From Raillietiella orientalis (taxonomy: Eukaryota): a stretch of 64,000 bases of DNA. The stretch is taken from positions 620,001 to 684,000 of the forward strand of contig JAYWIR010000037.1 of NCBI GenBank assembly GCA_036172245.1. Direction: 5' to 3'. Positions 38,700-51,648 of the stretch are shown one piece after another (position 1 is the stretch's first letter; every line of letters begins with the position of its first letter). Both the position numbers and the translations under genes were made by a program. A model generated the notes under the pieces. It did no database searches, was not told the origin of the DNA, and saw only the letters and a list, made by a program, of their open reading frames with translations.

Positions 38700-40387
38700 C
38701 TAATCAGTGTCACTACCAAAAATCTCATTTTCATTCTTCTTGTGCTGTTCATCACTATCATCTGCCTGGGAACTGTTGGATGGACTTGATGATTGTGACT
38801 GACTGGAAGACTGAGATTTATGACTTTCAGCATCTGAATTCTCAGAAGAACTGGCTGCCTTCTCACTGCTGCTATCCCTTCCTAAATCTTGTGCACTGAT
38901 TTTGCATATTTAATGCATGCACCTACCTTGATTATCTTCTTTTTGGCCATCACTTCCTTCATCTTCAGCTCTTTCAGCATCTTCTCCTTCTTCGTCTTCA
39001 TCTTCTTCATCCTCTGCAGGTGGTTCCAACTGTTTTTCACGGTACCGATGCATTTTGAATTCCTGTGCTGAGAGTGGCCGATGTCTAACTACTAAACGAG
39101 AATTATTGGGTTGAGCGCCAGGTTTGAGTCTTCTCTTGCTGAGTCTTACTCTTTAATGGAAACAAGTGAGTTTGGCTCTAGCTAACCATTAAAAACTTAC
39201 CTTGTTTCCAATTCATTATAGTATACACCATCAGCTCGGATCACAAAAAAATAATTCTCTTCATAGCCACGTGAAGCTTTATTCTTTACATTCCAGTTGT
39301 ATTCACGAGCCATTTTGTAATCATATTCCTCCTCATCAGCATACTGACAACCCTGTTGTGAATCCCGACGTCTTTTCTCTAAAGTTTCAGAAGTAGGCAG
39401 AAAATATGCCACAAATTGTTCTCCACTTTCATCCATGACACCTCTGATCATAGCTTGAGACATTTCTTCTAGCTGGGCAGGTAAAGAACGTCCTGCAGGA
39501 GCTGGATCTGAGTCAAAAATAACCTGAGCACATGGGTATTTCCATAACTAAAATGGCACATAATCATTAGGAAATAAACAGTTTCAAGTGTCACCTCAAA
39601 ATCTGGAAATATTGGCAATATCTCAACTGGAAAAACGTTTGGTTTTGAATAGTGCTGCCGGATAGTCTTTTGAGCATCTTGAAAGGTCTTCTCAATCGCT
39701 GCAATCTGACTTTCCCTGTCCATGTACAAGGTTTCCTCATTAAACAATTTTTTCACATTGTAGCCCACTTTAGCTTCAACTTTATCAATGACCTGTGGTT
39801 GGAATCTTGTATGCTCAGTGGAAATGTATTCAGTACGCCGTAACCAGGATACACTTTTGGCATGGTGGCGTGACCTACAAATTAGCATAAGATGCTGTTC
39901 TTCAACACTAAATCAACAAACACATTCTGATCACCTTTTGACATCTTGAGGAATCATTATATCCTCTTCCAAGAGTTTTTCATCTGCAGCATCCAATGTT
40001 TGATTGGGGTTCACTGCATAAGTGTCAGGATTGATAAGGTCAATAACAACACCCAAATCATGCTCTGTAAGTAACTCAAATTTGTAATTCCTTTCTAATG
40101 ATGTTGGATTATAACTAACAAATCTATGAATAAACTGTAAAAAGAAAAAAATATTCGACAATACTTCCAACCTATTGCTCTCAAATGGATACACCAAAAA
40201 CTTTGGATCAAAAGGAATGTCAGGAAGAGTGTTACTGTATTTCACTCTACATATTAATTCACATCTGCAAACACATTATTTGATTTCTATCCAGATGATG
40301 TATGCATCACTGTTACCGTTTTTCGCTGGTCTTGCTGGGTCTATGATCTCGATCATTATTAACTCCAGTTTGAATAGTAGGAGCCAT
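38700..40387 (-). CDS. PAF1: RNA polymerase II-associated factor 1
   Basis: 7 exons: 40387-40317, 40264-40172, 40123-39935, 39874-39595, 39547-39201, 39150-38927, 38881-38700 (461 aa). Contains [53 protein letters not shown] and an acidic/Ser tail ending EIFGSDTD*. Confidence 0.98.
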
Positions 40388-41324
40388 GTTAACGAATTGC
40401 AGTGAAGAATTCCAAGATCAACATTTACTCCAGGTGTTTCCTTTCTCTTATGTACTGAGAACACATATGTGAAAACGAAGATTTATAAAAATCTAAAATA
40501 ATGCTCACTTGAAAAATATATAATGCAACGAAACCACAAACATAACTATTGCATAACTGAAGAAAAAAAAAATACTGGCAATCAATGCAAACGAATAATT
40601 TCAAAACTTTAAGTAGTTCCTAATGAGAACAAGTCAATTGAAATTTGCTGACTTTAGTAATTGAATGTAGTGATCAGACCATCAAGGCATTTCAAATTAT
40701 TTCAGTATCCACCATAAATTCTTAACAATGGAAGACTCAGGTTCTCAGTTACAGATCACTGGATAAACACTTTACCGTTGTTTGTTCCACCAATTCTGCA
40801 GAAAGAAAATGAGCAATTTTGGTTTTCCAAACAAAACAGCGATCAAAAATAACCTAAATGAAAGCAATAATCATTAAATTTCATAAATTTCCTCAATTAG
40901 AGGATAGGAAAGAATTGAGCAACGGGCGTTATAGTTCGTTTCCCTAAACGGTTCGAATCATTCAAGTTTTTTAAATGATTCTTCTCCGTAGGCAAGGTAC
41001 CAACAAAAATTATGCTTTACGCAAATTTATGATAGTACTTTCGGATAATCACTGGTCTCTTGAACATCTCCCTCGTTGTTATGGGTTATCAATTATCTGC
41101 CAAGATTCAGAAGAGCACCAGCTATGTGATGCACCCTTCGCATGAATGATTAAACCCTATTCAATGGTCAGAATAAGGATAAGGAAAGTATTCAAATAAT
41201 TCGAAGGACATGATTGGGGTTGTCAATACTATGCCATTTAGGGTCACGGTATAATACAGTTTGTGACAACATAATTCTCATTTCATGATACAATTAAAAG
41301 AATTTGCAATTGGAGCTAAACTTG

Positions 41325-41396
41325 AATCGTGACATGCTTAAAGCAGAGTCGTTCCATCTCCGTTAAACACATGCGACGTTTTGAAGAAGCTTGTCG
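41325..41396 (-). mobile_element. Possible degenerate hAT transposase fragment
   Basis: DKLLQNVACV*RRWNDSALSMSRF resembles the hAT KLxQDVxTRWNSTxxMLxR block. It has an internal stop and no terminal inverted repeats were identified. Confidence 0.3.
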
Positions 41397-43014
41397 GTTC
41401 CTTGGGAACTCTGCGTCAAAACTATTAATAGAGACAAGTTGTTCCGTGGATGTGGTTATCAGCTGAACTTTTGCATGCTACTAAGAAGGGATTAAACTGA
41501 GTCGTCCATAGTAAACGCGACAGAGCAACCCCGGTCATCTTCGTAAATATATCAACCGCAGTAATGTTACTACCCTTTTTTCCTCAAACTGCCACTCATT
41601 CCAATCACTGCACATCTTACTGTTTTATTGTTTTTTTTAAAAAAAAAAAATCAAAGAGAGATCAAGAAAGGCAATCATACAAAAGATCCACTCAAGTAAA
41701 AATAATTCTTATTAAAAACAAAAACTCAAAGTCCTGCGATAGCATTCACAATTCAAAAGTAAAACTAAAGTTACTTAGATAACTCGAACCTTGGACAAAA
41801 TAAAAGTATCCCATATAAAGACGAGGAAATATGAAATTACTGAAACAGAATTAGGTTTAAGGGAGCTAAAGACATCTACTACATCTGGAATTTTTTATAG
41901 TATTGATTGCATTCCACATTTGCTTTAAATTAAAATGTAGTCTTTTGCTTTCTTCGAAACTTGCTTCTTTCTAGATCGCCAAAGTAGCATCCCATCTCCA
42001 AACCTAAGTGTATTTTCGATTGATAAAAGAATTAATTAATTAATTACCATAAATACATATGCTTGAATAGATTGTTTCAGCGTTTTCAAATCTCCTTATT
42101 TACCTTGCTTTCATAAAATGCTTAGTATTTCTTTTTTTTTGCTTTGTGCGTTCTAAAAGCTTTTACCATATTCCAAGATCTTACTAAATGCTCCATAAGG
42201 TTGCGAATTTCTTACACCTTACAGTTCACATGAACTGCAAACTATTTTATTAGATCAGTATCTATTAAAAAAGATTATGATCCATGAGATCTAAGAATCT
42301 ATTACATCCACTGAAGATTCAAGAACTCACTTAAAACTTCACTGTTGTAAATGACTTCCAATTATTTGCCATCACAAAATTTTGCCCATAAGAGAATAGC
42401 AAAAATATTTAGTGACAAATGTACAAATTTGAATCTGCAAATGATAGTATCAGAAACAGAAATGGATGCACTTATGAGATATGTGTGATAATATATTTAA
42501 GTCATACAACTATTTTGTGGAATTCACGCGATTTTTATTCTATTATAGCTTTTATTAGCATTGCATATTTTACTAATTAGAGTAGCATTCACTTTCATTA
42601 CTGTATATTTGAATTTCGAAGTTTTAAAATTCTAAAACGATTCAGACTCTTACTTGCATTCTTAAAACTATGAGAGCCAAATAGCTTTTGCAACAGTTCT
42701 AACTTTTTTTTCATTCATTTTACTGGATTTTACTGCGTATGTAGTGTGTGTTAGAAATGTGTGTTGTAGTCACATTCAAAAAATTTCAAATAAAGTGCTT
42801 CTTGATATGAACAAATGCGTGACAGACTTGTAACCTAATTGCTTTTTCATTGTAATCAGTTCTTCTGCAATTTTGTAGTAAATGATCTCATAGCAGTCCT
42901 TAGTGAAATATCTGCCTTTCTTAACTCGCAAATGCATTCCATTAGATTAGGGATGTTTGGTACTGTTTGCTTCAGTGCGTTGAGTGGTTGAATTAAACGT
43001 GAGTTACATGTGCA

Positions 43015-46000
43015 ATGGGCAGAGCTGGTATGTTACATAGCTTCCTAACTTAATTGTGAATACTATGAAGTCCACATATGCGTATATATAATGTATAGTA
43101 TTTTTGCTTCCAGCAATTTACGACATTCAAGAGCGAACTGAAACGCTTATAGTTTTTTTTCATTTCTAACTTGAATGATTGGATAATCATTCATTAGGTT
43201 ACTGATTTCAGCATGGAACATTTGTATTCAGTTGCGAGGCATAATAATTGTTTTGAATATTAAAGATAAATAAAAATCCCACTACTTCTGATTTCTAATT
43301 ATTTATGCTGCTTCGATAGTTTTGTTGCTATTTATTTCGTTTATACGAAATGTATATTTTATCTTCTGTGGCTTTGTGCATAGTTCAGTTCCAAAAAGAT
43401 AGCAATTTAAGTATTAGCCTTTGTTTTCTCTTGCAGCAATCTGAAAGATTTTCATCGATTTGTTGTATAAGCATTAATATTCGCTTCCTTCTCATGGTGT
43501 TAATTGCTTCCATGTCGAAAACTGGTTTTACTAAGTTGTATGTGGTTATTTCCCATTTGTGTTCTGTTAAGAAAAAAATATGTTTTAATACGTTTAAAAT
43601 AAGCATCAATGGTGCAGGCATGTTTGCAACATGTGCAATGAATTTTTTTTAGCCTTTTTTTTTTTTTGATGCTTTTTTGTTTTTATGATTACTGGTTAAG
43701 TTGATTTGATTTTTCGATTTTTCTTCCGTTTCTCTTGTTGGATTCTTTTCTTTGTACCCATCGATATTTTACAGATATCTCATATTAGAATAAGAAATCA
43801 GGAAACAGTCATATGCTTTGCACAAAGTAATGCATGTGTACTTGCAGATCAATCAGTTAATGAATTAACCTAATTACATAGAATTAACAAACAATCCAAA
43901 AGAATAAATAAGAACTCAAAATTATGATATAATATTGAGTTTAGATTCATGAATGTTGGAGATTCTTGAGTTTCTAAGTTTTCTTTCATAGTGTGTGTTG
44001 TTGTCTCCATTTGATTGCTTGGTACAATTCACAATTTCAAGAAATTTTAGCATATGGTTGTTCATTTACTTCTGGGTACGGAATTTGAAATTATGCAAAA
44101 TTTCTACCCAAAATGTATTTAATTGTTTGCTTCTTTTACTAACTGTAACTGATGAGAAGCTACTTTCCTTCCCATCAGTTACAAATACGCTAAGATTTTT
44201 AATTCCTTCTTCTCAGAATTGCCATTTAATTATTTGTCAGTGTCATTTTTATTCATGCAAATCTCCAAAATATCTGTTCAGAATTCAGTGTTTATTTCAA
44301 CAGATCTTGCCTAAAACTCATGTGGATTCCATGACTAATTCTGTTCTGATCAAATCTGAAACTCTTGCAGTTTTGAGAAGTGAATTATTCAGTTTTCATT
44401 TCGGATTCTTCACCATGAGGATTTTAATAGTGTTGTATTGCTATATTTTTAGTTTTACTGCAATAATTATTTTTTACATTTGAAACAGTTATTGAGAGAA
44501 AATATTTTCTTCCATTAGTATTTTGTTTCTTAGTGCAATATACAACAAATGTTTTTTCTAAGTTTTTGTTTCAGTGTGCTTTGCATACTACATTATTTTT
44601 TCGCCTTATGTTTATTGCATGTTTTGTATGATAATTTTGTATCCATTATTATTTATTTTTTTTGTCACTGTAGAGCATCACAAACTGCTCTCTCTTAAGT
44701 TCATTACTTGAATTTCAGGTTTTACTGGAGGAGGACGAGGGTTTGGAAGTAGAGGAGGTGGATTTAGAGGAGGTGGAAGAGGTGGGAGAGGGGGCTCTTT
44801 CAGATCTCCTGGCGGATTTCGTGGTGGTCGGGGTGGTAATCGTAACAGTGGAAGATTTGGAGGACGAGGAGCTGGGAGAGGTATCTAGTTTTCTGTTTTT
44901 CTGGTTTGATACCAAAGAATAAGATATGAAACTTGCTCAGAGAATTCATAAAATCACGAAGTGAACTTAATCGCATTGCAAAAGTTTCTTAGTTCATACC
45001 AACTATAAAGCATAACTCCATCTCTAGGGAAGAAAATTTTGTTACTCCTGATTCGTTTTTTATTCATAAATTTGTAATCTGAATTACATTGACTGCAACC
45101 ATCAGATCTACCCTGTCTTTGTTTTCTATTTTTTTTCATAGAGAAAACAGTGGTTGAGAATTTGCAAGAATTCATATTTATGTCTGTTAATAAATCGTTA
45201 TAGTGTATTGATTTTAAGTTTTAGATAAAAGTAAAAGTTATAGTTGTGTTCATTGATACATATGAAAATAAATTGATGAAAACAATGAAATCGGCAAAAA
45301 TAATGTTTCAAAAGAAAAGAAATTCCAAAGGGGATTTAATATAAATGGTTGCATTTTATTAAGAGGATCAAAAAATTTTCGAAGTACAAAATGCTTTTTT
45401 ACTTATGTGTGTGTGTGTGTGTGTTTTTTTTACAAAGCCCAAATTTTTCACAAGCTTACTTTCTTATGTTTAAGTTATAAGTGCGTTAGTAATGCGAAAC
45501 CCTTATTTGCTCTTGTGCTACTTTGACCATGTGAGATTAGATGTTTTGCTTGTTAATTTTCCATCTTCACATGAATCCAAGTACATAGTTTGTGAAATAA
45601 TTGCAATTCATGTCAATCAATGCTGAAAGTGTTCAGTTGCTTTTTATTGAATTCAGCACAACAGTTAGTGTGTTTCCTAGCTGCAATTGCTATCATATCT
45701 GGAAATATGCTTGTAGTTGATTCTTTATGATAATTTCCAATGGTGCATATTCGAGAAAAACGTTGTGGCTGTAGATATTTTAGGATACCTTATGAAAAAT
45801 GCAGTGTATGTCCACTTTGGTACTGATTTTAGCTGCAGGTCTGTTGTCAAGTAGTTAGTTGGTGTTTTGAGTTTTGCAAAAAATAAAAAATTGATGGAGT
45901 GTGTTTTAAAGTAAATAAAAATCTCAATATTTCTCCTATCCTCAAATTTAGGAGGTTTCAAAGGAGGCTCCAATGTAGTTATTGAGCCACATCGCCATCC

Positions 46001-46776
46001 TGGAGTATTTATTGCCAAAGGAAAGGAACATGCTTTAGTTACAAAAAATCTAGTTACTGGAGATAGTGTCTATGGAGAAAAGCGCATATCAGTAGAGGTA
46101 AGCATTTATTTTGTGATTAAAACACCACTTTCTCACAGGATGAAAATGGTAAAGTTGAATACAGAGTTTGGAATCCATTTCGTTCAAAATTGGCAGCAGC
46201 AATATTGGGTGGTGTAGATCAAATACATATGGCTCCGGGAAGCAAAGTGCTTTATTTGGGAGCTGCTTCAGGTACTACAGTCTCACATGTATCAGACATT
46301 TTAGGGCCTGTAAGTAAAAAATATTTTATCTTGGCTTCGTTTCTTGTTAGCTGTAGAATGGTCTTGTGTATGCTGTTGAATTTTCCCATCGATCTGGTAG
46401 AGATTTACTGAACTGTGCTAAAAAACGAACGAACATCATCCCTATTATAGAAGATGCACGACATCCTCACAAATATCGCATGCTGGTGTCTATGGTGGAT
46501 ACTATTTTTGCTGATGTCGCCCAGCCTGATCAGGCACGCATTGTTGCCTTGAATGCACATCATTTCCTTAAGAATGGAGGTCACTTTGTTATATCAATCA
46601 AAGCAAACTGCATTGACTCCACTGCTGAGCCTGAAGCTGTTTTTGCTGGAGAAGTTCGAAAAATGCAAAGTGAGAAAATGAAACCACAGGAACAGATAAC
46701 TTTAGAGCCTTATGAAAGAGATCATGCTGTTGTTGTAGGTGTCTATAGACCACCACCAAAAAATAAAACAATATAA
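43015..46776 (+). CDS. FBL: Fibrillarin, box C/D snoRNP rRNA 2'-O-methyltransferase
   Basis: 5 exons: 43015-43027 (MGRA), 44719-44880 (RGG/GAR domain), 45952-46097, 46139-46309, 46357-46776 (303 aa). Contains [28 protein letters not shown] and DVAQPDQ. The 13-nt first exon is inferred from phase and its GTATGT donor. Confidence 0.98.
44143..44183 (+). repeat. 16-bp hairpin in fibrillarin intron 1 matching RPA2 exon 6
   Basis: Arms 44144-44159 and 44168-44183 pair at 15/16 positions. 44143-44164 matches 47102-47123 at 21/22 nt. Confidence 0.9.
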
Positions 46777-46801
46777 AAGATTGATATTTTTGTATTTTAT
46801 T
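46762..46801. terminator. Back-to-back polyadenylation signals of fibrillarin (+) and RPA2 (-)
   Basis: AATAAA on + at 46762-46767 (inside the last fibrillarin codons) and AATAAA on - at 46801-46796 (abutting the RPA2 stop codon). Confidence 0.6.
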
Positions 46802-48303
46802 TTAACTATCTGTAGCTTTAAAATAGCTATCATCAATGGTGGAGTAAATGTGCCCTTCTCCTGTCAAAAACTCCAGAATATTGCTGAAAAAAATATGAAT
46901 TATCCTTTAAATAATTAACATACTTGATCTCATCAGCATGCAGTCGTCCATGGAGCATGCTGACTATTGTACTTTGGTGAGCTCCACGCTCATCTTTGCT
47001 AGCCTGAAACCCATGAGTTCCCAGTGTTAACATATAATTCAATCTTACACTGATAATGTTGTAAACCAATTGCTGATTCGTAGTGAGGCTGTCTGTCACT
47101 CCTGTAACTGATGGGAAGCTACTATTCATCCTCATACTCGCATTTGGTGCATTCGTTGCTGCCTCTGCTCTCTAAAACTATTGTCATTAATCTTGAAGAA
47201 GCTTCATCAGACAGACCTCGCACTGTTGTAGCTGTTTCAGTTTGAGTTGCGCATAAATGACTTCCAAAATGTGCAAAGAAATCTCATTTAAGTCACTAAT
47301 TGGCATAATCTTGAAGATCATGACATATTTTTTATCTTGCTGTGATCTGAGACTACCAATCACACGGCAGTAGGTATTTTCCATTACTGGTTGCCTGTTT
47401 AATTCATCCTAAGCCACTGATATGTTCATTTGCCTCTATTAATTCATCGTACCATTTCACTTTCATTCCAATATACAGCTTCGATTAATCCTGATGTATC
47501 ATCAATAATGTAAGTGGTTTTTGTACTAGTTTGCTCAACCTTTCTTATTAATCCCATTATTTCGATCTAATTTCTCAGTGAAACTTTGGAACTACAAAAA
47601 CAACTTACAATGTGTGCTTCTGTACCAGACACTTTCAAGACATCTTCAGTAACAGAGAATATATGTTGAATGCTTACAGGAACCAAATTTTGAGCCTTTC
47701 TTGACTAGAAATACATGTGAATGCTTTAACAAAGAAACATGCTAAAGTCACAAATTCGATTTCAATTGAAATTTCGGGAGAAATTTGTTTTATGCGATAC
47801 AAGGTTTTTTGTTTTTCATGATAACCACCTTTTTAAAGCCATCCGGATCATTAGGAGAGAAAGTACTGTTCATAAAGCCACCACTCGTCTTCTGCCCAAT
47901 ATTACCGGCGCCGAAACTTCCAAATCCTTAAAGAAAGACAATCAGACAACATAGAGCTACCAAAGGCTAGTAAAAGCACATACATTATTGAGAACTAAAT
48001 CAACGTTCAAAGAATAAATAAACTGAATTGTGGTTAAACTAACTTCATTGTAATTCGCCACTTGCGGCATATGCATTCTTTCAAAATCACTGCAAATTGT
48101 TTGCATTTGCTATGATCGTATCGAGTGTGATCGTTCCCAAATCTGAGTATGCATCCGCATTTATTTGCAAATTCCCCATTAAAACACTGGTTTCAGTGCA
48201 CACTCTGAAACTATTCCCATTTCATGGCCGAAATTACTCATTTCCTTCAAGCCCAGATAAAAAGGGCTCCAAGTATCATTTACTTACCGTCGTTATTCCA
48301 CAT
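46802..48303 (-). CDS. RPA2: Replication protein A 32 kDa subunit
   Basis: 8 exons: 48303-48288, 47926-47829, 47704-47609, 47566-47453, 47408-47217, 47171-47049, 47003-46924, 46883-46802 (266 aa). Begins MWNNDGFG..GGFM, has an OB fold (TYIIDDTSGLIEA, YCRVIGSLRS, DLNEISLHILEVI) and a winged-helix tail LEFLTGEGHIYSTIDDSYFKATDS*. Confidence 0.97.
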
Positions 48304-51300
48304 GTTGGATTACTTGGAAAATCGCGCCATTACATGCACTCCCTGCCTGCTCGAAAGCGGAGGCGCGCCTTTTAACCCATAACACGCAGCCCACGGAAAA
48401 CACCAACTCGAGTTTCGAATAAAGGCTCCAGATCGGATATCTATGAAATACTATTTTTGCAACTTCAGCTGGAATGTAAATTGTCAGTACGGAAAATTCG
48501 AAAATGAATTCACAAGACTATTAGTAGCGAACAAATAGTTGATTTTTGATGTTGTAATTCATTCTGAAAACAAAAGTTTTATCTTTTGTCCTGCAAAATG
48601 ATCACTTTCCATGTTTGCACATTTGCTTTTTTTAAATTAGAAAACGATGCTCTCCAGCATTGTATTCTATTGTTTTTTGTCTCAAAACAAGTCTTTTTAT
48701 AGAAATGACCTTATTTTACTAATGTTTCTAAAACCTTGGTCGTACTATATATACAACATCTGAAATTGCTTCATACACGAATAATCTGAGCCCAATATCA
48801 TACAAACCATTCTCTAAAAATGCAGATACATTTCTCAGTGCTCACAGTTGCATTTTAGATGTAGTTCATTAACCCAGAGTATCCTCTGCAAAGAATTTCC
48901 TTATTGAAGTTATTGATTCCATGAAGAGCGATTTCGCTAAATCAGAATCAAATACATGTTCCGAGTTTAAAATGAAAGGAAAATTTGTAACTATATCTGA
49001 GGCAACGGGACAACCTAAATTTGGAAAACATCGAGTATTAGTTGCTTTGTATTGTTTAATCATGTATTTGGTAATTTTATCATGACTCTAAAACCTCTGC
49101 ATTCGTTCAGATGGAGAGGAACAAATTATTATTCAGCTATGAAATAGAACTGATAAGAAAGCTTCCTCATTCCATATTTTCTTCACTCCAGAATATTCTC
49201 AACATGAGTGTTCGAATAATGTGAATTCGAATACTGTTGCACTCATTTGATGTGTTCTGTGTTACAGTTTAAGTAATCGTTTTCAGTTGAATATAAGTGC
49301 TTCACTGACCCTAGTTAGATTGAGCTCACTAAAGACCTTTTTGAATGATGCAATAGTATTCGATTCTGACGGCGTTTCTTCTCTCCAGTAAGGAAGAAAC
49401 GCAATGAAACGATTAAGAATCACTCTGTGTTAGCTAATTATCGCCGTTTATTGATAGTACAACACCAACAAATCATTGAATTATTTTAATCGTTCGGCAA
49501 TTGTAAGTTCAAGATGAAGGATCCTCTGTGACCCTATTCCAGTCTACTTTCATTTCGCAATTCTGAATTCCCAAACTTCCAGGCTTCACGATAAAGAAAC
49601 TTTAAATTAAGTACCTGCAAAAACAACAGAAGCAAGGAAATTCATAATTATATCTCATCTGATCTGTTCTTTGCATGAAGAGGAATCCAGTACAGCATAA
49701 TAGTTGGCAATGTTAGGCCGGAAAGAAGTGACTGCAAAAGAATTTGCAAATCATTCGATTCTTCAAAAGGAAAATATTAACAGTAAAAGGACAAAATTAC
49801 TTTTTGCTTCGATTCACGTAGTTCGCTGCATACTAAATATCTTCACGCCACTGGAAAAAAAAAGTTTTGAAATGGCTAAATTCAGTTCAGAAAATGTCCC
49901 ATGAAAGAATAAATAAAAGAATTAAAAAGAATACACTTTGTCTGACAAGACAATAAATACTCATTTCTAAAGCATGAACACGAATACCGTGAAAGTTAAA
50001 ATGTTACTTCTAAACAACTGTTTCATCAATTCAGAGAATATACTATGATCTTAACGTGCACATTGTCCTTTATGAGGCATGTTTTCAAAAAAAAGAAGTA
50101 TTTTGGTAGTGAAACGAAATAAATACCGGTGACTATGGCTGGTAATAAAGATGAGTCTCACAAGCAATCATCAATTGGTGATAAAAGAAGTGCCTGTGAT
50201 TTCCATAGATCGTTCCATACAACTAAAGAATCTCATACAGAATTGTTAGGCATTATAGATGAGAGTTTTTATTTATATGTGAAAGGAAATGTGAAAGGAA
50301 ATTGTATTTCAGTACACTCCTTACATTCGGCCTCCAGTTTTCTCTGTCTGTTCACGAATATCACCCCTACAAAGCCAGTAATAGCTAGGGCCTTCTTCAT
50401 CATATGGTATTTTCCTGTAAGTTTTAAGCATGTCATTGACTACGCGTCTAAGTCTACCTTACAGTAAAAACCAATAAGCATCGCTCAAAGAGTAGCATGC
50501 TTTTTTATGTAAGTTGTAAACAGAGACAGCTAAAAACGTTTCAATGGAGCACGCTGATTTTACGATGGCTAAGTACACTTACTCTACAATTCCTTGCTTA
50601 AATTGTATGTGCATTCTTCACTTTTAACATTAGATCGGGAATGCAAACATTTGTCGCTCGATAGGCCATGATAAATAGTCGTATTAGGGAAAAGTGTCAG
50701 TCTTCTATTTGGTTCCTGAAATTTGAAAATGCATTGGCTAAAAATTGCAGCTGAACCATCAAGTTACATGCCCCTTAAGAAGAGAAAAGGACATAAAAAA
50801 CGTATTTGTACAACAGATCCAGGGTTTTTCGCTTTAGAATTTCAAGGAAGGGGAATATTTAATGACTTCTTTTAGGGCAGGAAATCTAAACAAATTTCTA
50901 AGTATTAATGCTTTTATATTTTCAAGAGCGCTTTCGGTGAAATGGTATTCATTATAGGTCTTTTATACTGTAGGGAATGATTGCCTACTCCATTGCCTAC
51001 TGCCTTAAGGATTATGAAAATAGCTCTTTTCAGTAGGGAAAATAGAAAGCTTAAAATTTTATAATCCAACATATAACTACGGCTGCTGGAATACGAGTAT
51101 GGATTCGAATGCAACTGTTGTGGGTGCAGCTAGTCATTAAATACATTCGCTCACCCAGTGGAGTGTGTCAATTTTGGTAATGGAACCTAAGCGTTTACGA
51201 ACTTGCACTTTGTGAAGTCGTAAACTTTAAGTCTAACTTGTCCAATAACCCCTAAAACACCGATTTAAAGAATTTTGTTGCAGATACTTCGATATCCGTG

Positions 51301-51648
51301 CGTGACTCAAGGACGCTGCAATGTAAACTGTAACTTGTAGTTAATTTAGTTAAATATCGTGGTAAAATTGTCGAATCGATCGTCTCAGATGCTGGTTTTA
51401 GAGCATCAAGTTCATATGTGTGTACCAAAGAGTGGAATTTCTTTGTATGACAACGGTGTACTTACGAATGTGTTTGTGTGTGTGTTTTTGTCATCACTAA
51501 TTTCCATGTTAGTATATGTGGTTATTTTGGCCAGTAGTTCAAAATGTAAACGGTGTAAATTAAAAATAATGATAAGTACATTTCATAGAGCAGAGCTCGT
51601 TCTTTACATTTTAGTTGTACCCTTAATGATCCAGTTAAAAAACAAAAA

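Noticed and set aside
43995..44483. 162-aa + strand ORF in fibrillarin intron 1
   Set aside because: Non-ATG start, T-rich composition and no homology; only its SFPSVT peptide is meaningful, and that reflects the RPA2-matching hairpin.
44715..44915. Ser/Thr-rich - strand ORF
   Set aside because: It is the antisense shadow of the fibrillarin RGG exon.
43172..45826. Box C/D snoRNA-like motifs in fibrillarin introns (ATGATTG..CTGA near 43175-43205; ATGATAA..CTGA near 45727-45826)
   Set aside because: The C boxes are degenerate, the first is too short, and I could not match a guide to rRNA. An Infernal/snoscan run would be needed.
48470..48480. TGGAATGTAAA, the 5' half of miR-1
   Set aside because: The match stops at 11 nt and no precursor hairpin was seen.
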